Position numbers and translations under genes: made by a program. Shown in pieces: positions 24,395 through 36,800 of a DNA stretch of 64,000 bases (within the stretch, counting starts at the first letter, position 1; each line of letters opens with the position of its first letter). Under the pieces are notes generated by a model. It ran no database searches, was not told where the DNA came from, and saw only the letters and a program-made list of their open reading frames with translations. The DNA lies in assembly GCA_002104905.1 (NCBI GenBank), contig MCFE01000259.1:46919-110918 (forward strand). Direction: 5' to 3'. The DNA is from Basidiobolus meristosporus CBS 931.73 (lineage: Eukaryota; Fungi; Basidiobolomycota).

Positions 24395-27179
24395 GTTGCA
24401 ATGTGTACAACTTGGGAAGAATTTACCAGCATGGGAGGATGACATTGTTCTCACTTATCATATATTCCAGATATACCCTGTCTAAAGAAGCTCATGCAGT
24501 CCAACAAATATTGTTAAGATTAAACCACTGCACTCAGTATAAATCAAGTGCAAACATTTCCAATTTATTTGATGGTAAACATTACAAACAACTATATGTA
24601 AGGGCCACTCTGGGGATATTTTTGACCATGCATTTGCCTTGGCACTTAATGGACTCTCATTCTGCAAGTACTCTGCCAACAAATCCTGCTGACCACTGAT
24701 TCTTATCTGCCACTAATCCTACAATATCAGAGCAGAAGTCTGATGGTAGCCCCACTGGTATTTGGGCCTAAATTACCATTGAACCTGGATAGCTACCTGT
24801 ATCCATTGCTGGCTGAATCTTGTATGCATTCCAGCAGGATACTGGTAAATGGCCATCCAGTCAAGGGGCATATTATTATTTGCACTGGAGAAACCCCAGC
24901 CATCAGCAAGATAGCAGGCTTTGCTGGGCATAATGGATAGCATTGCTGTCAAATGTGTGAGATCCAGAGAGTTTATTCCATAGCTCAGACACATTTTATT
25001 ATCAAGACACCAACTAAGAACATTACCTTCCTGCTGAGAGAATGCACACTATTTGGCATGCAATTATAGCTAAGCGGGCAAGCTATAATCAATGGGTCAG
25101 AATTTGGAATTATTCAAAACTAGAGATACCTTCCCTACAATAATCAATATGACCCTGCAGGTGGATCCAATCTAGATTGACCATTAAGATCACTCAATGA
25201 GGCTATCATAATGCTGGCAGCTTGGAATTACTTACCCTCTGTGGTAATAGAAAGTATTCCAATACTACAATGTCTCAAGCCAATATTGCACTCATTGCAT
25301 ATCTTGCTTTTGCTATTTTAACACACAAATAAGAGATCAAGAATATCTAACTCTGAAGGACAAAGCTCAAGACCCTGACAAACAGTCCACCCCAAAGTAT
25401 AACGTCATGCAGAACACTAAGTAGCCAACACATGTTTTAAATTACAGCTCATTTGAAGCAGTACTTAAGGAGTTATGATCAAAAGAGCTCAATAACCATA
25501 TATACTAGGATTTTGTTGCAAGGATTACTCTGGCGACTTTGATTGCATATGACTTTTGTAACAGCCAATCAACTCATGTGTGATTCTCACAGGTGCTGGG
25601 CCAATTTCCAATCTGCACCATTACAATATACTAGCTTTGTATTATGTGTATTACTTGCACAATTGCCCTAAAATAGGGGAGCTCACAGTTTCCTTATAAG
25701 AGAGTATTTACTCACATAGGAAAGTGACCTTCAAATATGAAAAAGTTACTTTAAAAGTAAATAGGCCCAATAGCCAACAGAAGGTCAGCCTCTGCTGAAG
25801 AAGTTAGAAGCACCTCCTATAGTATATTCTCTGTGAAGAATCTCAAACTTGGGATTTACCTGATTTTCAGCTGGTATTCTGCTGGTATTCTAATGGTATT
25901 TTGCTAGTGTTCAGCTGGTGTTTTTGGCTCAGAATTTCAAATGCATTTTGGATGGAAGTAAATGGCAGCTAATTACCAAATTTAATATGGATGGTATTTG
26001 GCCTAGTCTCCTCCTGGAGAGTTTGTTTACTTGCCTGCTCATAAGCTAACAACAGAGGTGTAGAGAGTTGTCAATTTTAGGAAACTTGGAATTCAGCTGA
26101 TATTATGATGGTATTTTGCTGGCCTTTTCTTAATTTTTTTCTTAGGGATTTCAAGCCTAAGATTGAGGATATCAGTGAAAGTTACATCCTCTACAGGCAC
26201 ATTCAACATACAATACACCATTTCAGTAGTAATATACTGAAATTTGTTGTATACTAATGACTAGCCTTTGCATTGCAGAGCAAGCCACAAACTAATCATA
26301 ATACAACACAACACCACTTTAATATCTTTTTATGGCATTGCAATGGTGGTTTGCTGATTTTACTGCCTAATAGGCAAAAGCTTGATGGTGTGTTGGCAGT
26401 CCTTTGACAGGATTTCAATTGTATTTTAACTGTTGTATTGCAGCCTACACAGGTTTCAGCAGATCCAATCAGCCAGTGTTGTGAATAGACACAAGGCAGG
26501 AGAGTAGGGCTAGGCAAGGCAGGACCAGGAAAGGACTTAGGTGTGGATCAACAACGCAAGGTGGATTTCCAAGGCAAGGCTGTTTATTCAAGACCTGTGT
26601 TTATCAGACTAAGGAATACTTAAGGCGGGATAGGACTATGTACACTTTTTGGCTATAATGATGCCAAGAGATATTGGTTAATACTAATGGGGTTGTGGGG
26701 TGAGGAACAGCAATGGTGCTGGGGATAATGACATTGATGACATGGCACTGAAACCAGATGGGGAAATGGGTTGGGTCACCTGATCATGTGACTAAGTCAT
26801 GTGACCTGGTATTTCCTTATATAGTACTGAACTATGAAAAATACAATGGGAAGCTTCCATGGAATGTTCCATTGTGTAACAATGGTTTGGAATGGACAGG
26901 AACTTTTTGGAAGGTGGTAGAAGGTTCCAGAAGGAATCTCTTAGAAATTGAGCTAGGAAGCTAAAACTTGGCATGGGTGTTCATGGTTGTCATGTGATCA
27001 TGACAGCCAGTGCATGCAAACACTATATATGGAAAGAAACTTATTGATAATTTGATGGCCGTGATACAAACATCTGTAGGCACTGTAATAGTGATAGAGT
27101 AGCATGGTGGTGTACAGGTCCAAGGGAGAGGTACATATAACACTTCTCAAGTTTTTTGTGTGTAGAGTGTTCACTGGGT

Positions 27180-28300
27180 GCATTAACCACTGACAAAAGC
27201 TAGCTAGGAATGTGTTGGATTAGTCTCTACTCTAAATGCAAAGGGAAATAATGCCTCAAGCTTGTCAAGGAAAAATTATTGGGCTGCAACCCCCAACTAA
27301 GTTGGTGTCTTAACAGATGTATGTGCTGAGTTCAGAATTTTTGGAACATCAATGTTTGAATGCTTCCAAAGTCAAAGCAACTGTAAACTCCCACGGCAGG
27401 GACTTAATAGAAATGTAGCTGTGATCAGTAGTTACAAAGACAGAAAAGTATATTTGCCTGTACAAAACAAACCTGGGAGAGAGTCAAATATAATAAAGGA
27501 TAACTACTCAAGATCACCCACAAGAGGTCCCTACAAGGTTAGTTGGCTGCCAACACTGTGCTAGTGTATATATCCAATGGAGAGATATGTCCATCACTTC
27601 TCAAGTGCTTTGCATGTAGTGTGTTCACTGGGTGCATTAACCTTCAGCAAAAGCTAGCTAAGAATATTTGGTTTTGTCTCTACTTCAATGTGAAAGGGAA
27701 TAAAGCCACAAGATTGTCAAGGGAGTACTATTGAGCTACAATTCCCAACTTAGTTAGCATCTTGACAAAAGTATGTGCTGGGTTCAGCATCCTTAGAGAT
27801 GACAATGTACTAAAGCTTCCAAAGTCAAAGCAACTGTAAACTTCACCAGTAGGGACTGATAAAACTGCAGCTGTGGTCAATAGTTACAAAGACAGAAATA
27901 TATTTTTGCCTTACAAAAACAAACTTGGGAGAGAATCAAATATAATAAAAGATACTTAGTCTAATTATTCCTCACAAATTGTGCCTCCAAGGTCAGTTGG
28001 CTGTTGGCACAGTCTTCTGGAGTGTACTGTGGTCTGGGACTGGAGGTTCAGGTAGCAGCAGGTAGCAGTGAATATACCAATTTACAAGTAGGTATGTTGA
28101 TAAGAGAGATTATGACTTACTATTGAGGGATTGCCTCCCTTATATACTTTTCTCACAGGCTAAGTGAGTACTAATCATGGTGTTCCAGTGGGATCTGGAG
28201 ATCACTTGAAATCTCAATGACACCAGAATGTGCAAAGAAGGTTCTGAGTAGATGCCGGAAGGCTCAAAGAGGCACCACTCATCCAACCATTCAGGGATCA
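27180..28300 (-). repeat. Relic related to the LTR of the 33816-41117 gypsy element, with a ~400-bp module in two tandem copies
   Basis: The reverse complement matches ~34310-34890 (AAAAAGTATATAAGGGAGGC TATA block; CAGCCAACTGACCTTGGAGGCAC; GACTTTGGAAGC; GCACCCAGTGAACAC); the module occurs at ~27180-27560 and ~27590-28010. Confidence 0.75.
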
Positions 28301-28479
28301 GTGTTCTGAGATGTGTGTAGCATAGGAATACAATATATGGGACAAAAATGGTAGGGATGGCAATACTGTTTGGTCATTAGTCATGGGTACTTATGCAGGT
28401 GGTGCACCTTTATAATATATTTGCAATGCTGCTCATCTACTTTTTCCAATAAAACATTGTTCCTAAGATCTTGTATGCT

Positions 28480-29758
28480 GTAAGGGGGTCAGCAGAACCT
28501 AGTTACATCTATCTTTTTCATAAATTTTCTTCAGAGGTGGATGCTGGGGGTACCTTAGCTCTAAATTGACCTTGGAGGAACCATTGTCAGCTTTGTTATA
28601 ATTATTACTGACACCATTGTCATCAAAATTCTCACTTCTGCTTGATTGTAACAGCATATCCAGGATACTTCCCCCTCTTCTTGAAGCAGTTTACATCCTT
28701 GTAATCATCACCAACATGCACATGACAAATGGATAGCAACTGAAGAAGCCAGCATCCTAGTGTTTCTTGACAGCACAATGAATCATTACAATGTTGTATT
28801 CCTGCATATGGAGGGCCCAGTGTGCTAGCTTGCTGGTAAAGTCTTTAGTCCTCATCAGCCTGACCAGTGTGCAGTGGTCTGTTACAATTGAAATTAGCAA
28901 CTATGTATGTGTGTATGGGTTGTTTATTAAATATGCAACAGACTGATATTTTATCTTGGTAGCAGGGTAGCTATGTTTGTGTTTGTTCAGCAAACCTCTC
29001 ACTTTACCAACTGGGTGGAAATCATAAGGTTAGTGGTACTGTCCCAGCAAAGTATTAATACTGGTGAGGCTTACATAACAGTTAATAATAAGTCTCACAT
29101 CCCAATTGGGGACATGTAATATGAGGGGCAAGGTCAGGGAATATTTTGGCCAATTTAGGACTTCCTTTGAGGTTACAACCTCACATAGCACTGGCCTTTC
29201 CATGCCAACTTTTACAGGGGGGCTGCTATCTTTGCAAAAGTTTGTGACAAAGCAGCAATAGTGCCAGCTTGTACTAGGAATCCAGAGTGCATTGATATCT
29301 TTTGATGCTGGTATATCTTGGACAGCCTTCAGTAGCAAAGAGAATGGGTAGATCCCATCTGATAAGATCATGTGGCTCATGAATAACAGTTTGGTATACA
29401 AGAAATGGTACTTTGTGGGATGGAGTGAAGCTGGTTATTGAGGAGGGCTATCAGAACATGTTGCACACATTGCATATGTACATCTACACCCAGAGAATAC
29501 ATTATGATGTCATCCAGCTACACAAGGGCTAATTCCAACTGTAAATCTCCTAATACTGTATCAGTTATTCTTTGGAATATAGCAAGGGTATTTCACAGTC
29601 ATAGGGTAGTTGTTGCCATTTGTATAATCTAAACAGTGTAAATATGCAGTCTTAGGGCAATCTTCCAAGGCCACTTTTGCTGATAATGCCCAGATATCAA
29701 GTCAAGCAAGCTAAAATATTTAGCTCCAACTAACCTAAGTAGTCATCTTCTTGTGGTA
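28480..29758 (-). mobile_element. Degenerate Ty3/gypsy RT-RNase H fragment
   Basis: IFSLLDLISGHYQ-like RT motif at ~29650-29720 followed by decayed RT/RNase H coding sequence; cut at the right by the CACTA copy 2 terminus. Confidence 0.7.
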
Positions 29759-32672
29759 CCCTATGAAAAATAATTTGGTTCTGCAAGTAAATCCAATCCA
29801 GATCAGCCATCAAGATCCTGTTTAGAGACCATCATAATAACAGCAGCTTGGAATTATTGACCCTCTTAACAATCTTATGACAAGATGATGCCGGTATTTT
29901 GCTAATTGTACAGCCAAATAAAGGGATAAAACTTGACCATATTTTATTGGTGCTGTGACAATATTTGCATGGTATTGCTGCGGTCTTTCCGAGCTCTATA
30001 ACTATTTTAAGTGGATCCAGTTGGCCAGGACATCCAAATGCTTTATATGGCAAGAAAATTGATGGTATTTTGATGGCCTCACAGCAAGACTCTGATGGCT
30101 TTATATTGGCAGTATGACAGCCTACCGCTGGTTCTGCATAACACTCACACCTGCCACAATTAACATACTTCTATCACCTCAGCTTTATGGCTTTTTAGTA
30201 TGGTACTTGCAAAGTTGGCACTTACCTTGTACTGCTGGTAACATATGCATCTTGTAAACATATACTTGGTTGTCACCACTTGTGCCATGAATACCTCCTG
30301 AATATCCGCAAAGAACTTCTTGTTATTTAGCCATTATATTCCTTCTCCCTGCTGGATTCTAGTCCCCCTTATAGGTGTGCTCTGGCTTTTGTTTGTGTGA
30401 ATTCTGTATTGAATGGTGTAGAAGTTGGCTTGTGACCACAAGAAATCTGGCATATCTTGGTGCAGTTTTCCTGATAAGAATTAGTTGCTTGTTGCACCCT
30501 ACCCAACTTTGCATTACTTAACTGATTACCCATGCATTGGGGCTGCTTAGCTTCTTAATGCCATAGGCATAGGTGTCTCCATGTGCACATCTATCTTCAG
30601 TATTTTCCAACTCCTTCTGGCTGTCCACCATGTACCAACTCATCACATCCATGATGGACTTGAAGGTAATATTCTTGATGAGATTGGGATATGGTAGTAC
30701 CTGCAACTTGACTTGTCTTCCTATCTCCCCACACATTTGCTCCATAGGAAACTCCCAAAAGGTGAAGCAAGGCCCAATATTCTCCACACACCATGCAAGA
30801 TGGAGTAGAGAATGGATATGGTAGTGGCAGAGATCTACATTTTCCGCTTTATGTTTGTAGTATTGCTGCTCAAATCCCATCACAAACTCCTCACACAACA
30901 GCTGTAGATGCGTCAAGTTGGCATTGGTGATCCACTTCTGGATAAATATTTCTACAATGTCTACATATGACTCCCAATGCTTCCAATGTACTCCTGGTAG
31001 GAATGGCTTCAGAATGCCCCTTAAATAAATACATATCTGGTTCATCCAGTCATTGCATTTGTATTGTGGCATATGTGTATGAATATTAATTGGAGCCTGT
31101 GTGAAGTACTTAGGGTAGCAGATATTCTGTAATATCTTGCCAATTCTCTCAAATTTCTGCGGTATCCTGAAGGCTCATTTAGCTTAAAATACCCCATGTA
31201 CAATATGGTCATCAGTATAGGGATTTTGTTGAAAAGCAAATGCATTGCTCCCAGTGGAAAGCTTTTGCTCCAACAGATACCCTGTATCATAAGTATCTCT
31301 GGTTTCCAATTGATTCCATATTCTGGCCAATGGCTTATAGATTGCTAACTTTGCTGCAACTGCATGCTTACTTCTGTACATTCTCTCTGTGGAAAGATGA
31401 TGCTCTTAGTGCTGGTGTTTGGGTAATAATAATGGGTGTGAGTTATGGAGTAAATCCCCTAGATCTTACACATTCAACAGCAATACATCCATTGTGCCCA
31501 GAAAAACCCGCTAGCTTGCTGATGGATTGGGTATCTCTAATGCAGATAATAATATGCGCTTTTACATGACAGCCATTTACCATTATCCCGCTGGAAAGCA
31601 TACAAAATTCTTCCAGCAATGGATACAGGTAGCAATCCAGGTTGGACGGTGATTTAGGCCCAGATACCAGTGAGACTAACATCAGATTATTGCTCTGATA
31701 TTTTAGATGGGCGGTAGATACAGGTAGATGAGAATCAGTGGCCAGCAGGATTTGCTGGTAGAGTACTGTTTATTGAGAATCCATCAAGTGCTAAAGCAAA
31801 GGCATGGTCATACATACCATCAGAGTAGCTCTTGCTTCTTAGCTGTTTGTAATGTCTGCCATTGAATATATTGGATATGTTTGCCCTTGATTGTTACTGA
31901 GCATGGTACTGTATAGCTTTGCAATATTTGTTGTACTGCATCAGCTTCCTCATATAAGGTATGACCGGAATATATCTGAAGTGTGAACAATGTTTGCCCT
32001 CAATGGTGGTGGATTACTGACAATTTGGACACATTGCAATGGTAGCATTTTTGGATGTGAATACCATGCAACTGTTAACACATACTGGAATCAGGACAGT
32101 CTCTGGATTAAATGTTGCCAGCCGCATGACAGTTGTTCACTTGTACCATGTACATGGTAAGTTGCATCCTGGTATGATTTTGGCAAGAAGTAGTAATAAA
32201 TTCTCAAAGCCCCCATTACTGATATTAGTGGAAACACGCCACTTCTCTAGCCACAACATTACATCATTCACCAGTAGATGGATTACTGGGCTCACTTGGC
32301 TCCATAAAGTATCCTTGTCATTTGTTTCAATGGGTGTTGTCTCATGGCATATAGGGATTTGACCTGGCTCATACATGGTACTGTTGTTAGGGGAGATAGG
32401 CTCAAAATCCATCAGTTAACCTTCTTTGTCAGAGCTATAACTCTGCATGCCATATTTGGAAGGCTGAGGTGAGCCTAAAGGCATCACAAACTCACCTGAC
32501 TCAGTTTGCGCAAGGTGACAAAGATGGCCAGGTGCCAATATAGTAGCATCAACTGGCTGGCAAGATAATGTTGGTACAGTAGTGACCAATTCATAGTCAA
32601 GTATGACTTGTGTGGCAAAACACTGGCTGTGATCCTTGTAATACTTCTATGTTGTCTGCATGCTTCATGGCT
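29759..32672 (-). mobile_element. CCCTA-type CACTA element copy 2 (one terminus plus decayed Tnp2 transposase; other end deleted)
   Basis: Begins CCCTATGAAAAATAATTTGG, identical to 47180; transposase motifs HSLLHLAWCVENIGPCFTFWEFPMEQMCGEIG and GPKSPSNLDCYLYPLL; colinear with copy 3. Confidence 0.88.
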
Positions 32673-33308
32673 GTGTGAAACATAGCTCTGCATCTTCAAG
32701 CAAAGCAGCCCTGTATTTCACCCAACATACTGGGGAAAACCCATTTTTTGACCTTTTTTTTTGGATCAATGTTGTGCAGGATATGTAAGAGCAAAGTAGG
32801 ATTGAAGACATGCATCTGGTACTCAATACCCATGGCACTCTGAATTAAGCTCCTGTAGCTTATATCATGTCACAAAAATGCATGGCACTATCTTGGTCCA
32901 CTGGTACTATCAGGCACTATATTTAAATATTAGCCCTAAAGTAAGACCTATACAAAGCACTTATAGTGCCAGATAGTACCAGTGGACCAAGATAGTGCCA
33001 TGCATTTTTGTGACATGATACAAGCTACAGGAGCTGGATTCAGAGTGCCATGGGTATTGAATACCTGGTGCATGTCTTCAATCCTACTGTGTTCTTACAC
33101 ATCCTGCACCACATTGATCCAAAAAAAAAGGTCAAAAAATGGGTTTTCCCCAGCATGATGGGTGAAATACAGGGGCTGCTTTTCATGAAGATGCAGAGCT
33201 ATGTTTCACACTCAGTGGCCAAGTATAAGCTCACTTGGCCTCCCTGACACACCATGGCATCATTTGGCACTCATAGCTTAATGTGTCACTATCCAACAGA
33301 ACAGGTCT
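32673..33308. mobile_element. Fold-back (long inverted-repeat) element, left arm truncated
   Basis: Arms ~32673-32920 and 32963-33211 are reverse complements (inner 40 bp match 39/40), 42-nt loop, right end AGAACAGGTCT. Confidence 0.9.
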
Positions 33309-33815
33309 ATAGGCATAAATCTGTAAAAAGCTTTCTTAGCCACATTGCTTCTTTTTTAGCTTCACAGGCTGTCATATACTCTGCCTCTGTGGTAGAAAGT
33401 GCTACGGTTGGTTGCTTTCTTTAATTTCATGAAATTGCTCCTTTGCAGTAAAGAAAAGTGTATCCTGTGGTGGATCTTCTGTCTTCTAAATTTTGTTCCC
33501 AATCAGCATCAGACTATCCCATAAAATCCTGTTCTGAATTCTTATAAGTGTATCTTAAGCAGATATCAGCAGTTCCTTTTAGGTATCTAAAAATTTGCTT
33601 AACTGCTGCACAATGATCAGATCCATAGTTCTGATTGTGTCAGCTGACAACTCCCACTGAATATTAGATATCTGGACATGTTCCAAGCATAATATGAATC
33701 AGACTGCTAACCATAGATTAATACAGAAAGTCACAGATTTTGGATGGCACTAAGCTCTCTTGATTTTGTTGAGTTTTGAACAAGCTGAGAACTGTCTCCA
33801 TTGGGTAGCTGCCGG

Positions 33816-36800
33816 TGTAGTGGGGTCACAGTGACACCCACTGGCAGATGTGCTCATTCTCATACGTTCACTTCCCTAAAAAAAAAAGGGATTACCCCCC
33901 CTATATTAGTATCATCCCAAATTGCAATATTTTCTATTCTGTCTATGTGATTATTACTATGCAACCTGACAAACTATTTGTCACTATTAACCCATTGCAC
34001 AAGCTATTCCTATTCCTTGCCGAGATGCCAAGATAAGATAGTTACCATATAAGGCAAGTACCCCAAATGTGCCCATGTCATGTGACCATTTTGGTTTCAC
34101 AACCCTCCTATCCCACTACCATAAGAGGCAACCAAATGACACAGGGGTTTCATATTACCACTACCTGATTGGCTAGGTGCTACTATGTCTCATGGAACAA
34201 TCCGCCAAGAATTTGCGCTATTTTTAAGTTCACAATGACATGATTGGCTGTATACTACCTTCTGGAAACTTCCAGAAAGTATTTTCTAGCAAGAAATTGA
34301 GCAGCAAAAAAGTATATAAGGGAGGCTATCCCTTAAAATAAATCATCCCTCTTCCAATATTCTGACTTATTGATTAGTGAGATCACCGCTACCTATTACC
34401 ACTATTTTTTGATTTAGACCTGACAACACTCCCAGGAAACCGCGCTGACAGCCAACTGACCTTGGAGGCACTACTTGTGAGGAATACTCAGAGTAGGTAT
34501 ATTTTATTATATTTGTTTGTTTTCCCAAGTTTGTTCTTATACAGGCAAAGATACTTTTCAGTCTTTGTAACTATTGGTCAAAGCTGCATTCTTATCAAGT
34601 CCCTGTTGGTGGAGTTTACAGTTGTTTTGACTTTGGAAGCTTTAGTACATTGTCATCTCAAGGGATGTCAAAGCCATTATAAACTTTTGTTAAGACGCCA
34701 ACTAAGTTGGGGATTGTAGTTCAATAGTATTCACTTGACAAGCTTGAGGCTTTATCCCCCATCACATTAGATTAGACAAAAGACCCAGTATTCCTAGCAA
34801 GCTTTTGCCAGAGGTTATTGCACCCAGTGAACACCCCACACAGATTCACACTTGAGAAGTGTTGGCTGTATTTTGCCCTTTGGACTTATACACCACCACC
34901 TATTTGGCAACCAACATGGGGGGTTCATACAAGCTCCCTAGGACCCAACAAGATTTACCCAAAGATTTGAGCCGTTACCCATTTATTGAAACAAGACTAC
35001 CAATATTATCAAGACTACAACACCAACCTACCCACCCAAAATGAACTCTATGCCATTACCACTCTCACATGGAGCCCCACAGTTTGATGGAAAGAATGTG
35101 GAGAGCTTCATATACAAATGGGAGAAGCTCTGCAAGATGTGCAGCCTATCTGAACAAGAAATGGCTGAAGACTTCCCCTACTACTGCACTGATGATATTA
35201 CTACTAAGCTTCTCAGACAAGGAGACATTCTGACTGACTGGACCTTAATGAAGACCTACCTACAGACCAAGTATGGCAGACCCCAGATATACTATGGAAT
35301 TGAGGACCTCCGACACTTTGGAAGGATGGGACTCTCCAAGCTACCACTTGAAGAGTTCATTCAACAATATGAAGATATGGCCAAGCCACTCCTAGAGTCC
35401 CAGGTGATAACTGAGTTTACCATGACACTTTACCTTGCACAAGGGCTTCCCCAGGAATTGGCAAGGAAAGTTGACCTACATGCAGCCAAGGATTGCAAGT
35501 CTGGCATTCCTTGCTTTGCAGAGATGAAACGTGTACTTCTAGAGGCAAAGCAAACTTCTAACTTTATGAGACTCCTGACATCTAATCTGCCAGACCAGCC
35601 AACCAAAAAGCCAAAGAGTGCTGTTGCTGACAATCATACCTACACTACCAACAGAATTGACCAATTTGCTGAACAGCTACAAAAGCTAGCCCTCAAGATT
35701 AATGGCTCAGCTGAGGTAGCTACTGAGGGCCAAAGAGCTTTGCCTAGACACTGCATTTGGTGTGACTCTACTCAGCATGCCAGACAAGAATGCTCCGAGC
35801 TTAGCAAGCTACTTAGAGAAGGAACAGTACAGTTTGATGCTGATGGAATGCTTGCTGATAAGGAAGGAAAAAGGATTCCCACTAATTTCCGAAGAGGCGG
35901 AATGAGAGCCCTTTTCCAGAAGTCTGACTCAGCAACTAGAAAGATTACTGTTGATGCCCCTATTGAGACTCATACAGTGAGTCCAAACAGCCCTGACAAC
36001 AGAAAATACAAAGTAGACACCTTTGCTACTAAGAGACACCTTCCTGAAGAACCTGCCAAACCCATCCTTAGAAGACCACAGTTTGAAGAGCCTGAGGTTA
36101 TTATTGACAAGAGGCCTGGAACACTGCCTACCCAAGACCCATTACCTCACTTTCAGATGACCTCAAAGATAGCAGGCTACTCAAGCCCCCAATTGATTAC
36201 TGAGAAACTACTGAAGCAGAACCTCACTTTGTCAGTTGGAGAAATCATGAGTGTATCACAGTCTGTTAGGAAGACCTTTGATGAGCAGCTTAGAACAAGA
36301 AGACAAGCTGTTGAACATATGGACACCCATATAATCCAGACAAACCATGAAGACCACAAAAAGGATGACAACGCTACCAAATATAAGACCTTTTACTCAG
36401 TTGCAACTGCTGTGGTGAAAGGGTATATTTATGATGACCCTGTTGACTGCCTTATTGACAGTGGTTTGGAGATTTGTGTTATGCCGCTAAACTTCTGGAA
36501 GACGCTTAGAAGCAAGGAGCTACTACCTGTTGATAGAGATATTGGATGAAACATGACTGATGCAAACTCAGGATCTAGTCCACTCTAAGGTGTAGTGCAC
36601 AAGTTCCCTATTGAGGTACAAGGAATCAAGGTCTGGCTTCCCCTCTTTATCTGCCAGAAGGCAAACTTTGACCTTCTGTTAGGCAGACCATGGGAGACCA
36701 GTACTAAGGCTACAACCACCAACTATTCTGATGGGTCAGTGTGGTACACTATACAAGGATCCAACCCAGGACTACAGTCAACATTCTGTGGGGTAACACC

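Larger units (their letters stand above)
17980..25100 (+). mobile_element. Rearranged relic of the CCCTA-type CACTA element (copy 1), split by a fold-back copy and by copia A1; no termini found
   Basis: Accessory-gene homology on the minus strand (18046-18321 vs 55452-55703; 19170-19330 vs ~55735-55830) and Tnp2 transposase pieces on the plus strand (GPKLPLNLDSYLYPLL, GETPAISKIAGFAGHNG at 24743-24940). Confidence 0.75.

Noticed and set aside
33874-33901. CCCTAAAAAAAAAAAGGGATTACCCCCC resembling a telomere seed, the CACTA TIR or a slippery site
   Set aside because: A single homopolymer tract in non-coding U3, not tandemly repeated and with no flanking TSD.
34462-34719. 85-aa ORF repeated identically at 40582-40839
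   Set aside because: It lies in the two gypsy terminal repeats, starts at TTG and has no recognisable motif; the identity is explained by LTR duplication.
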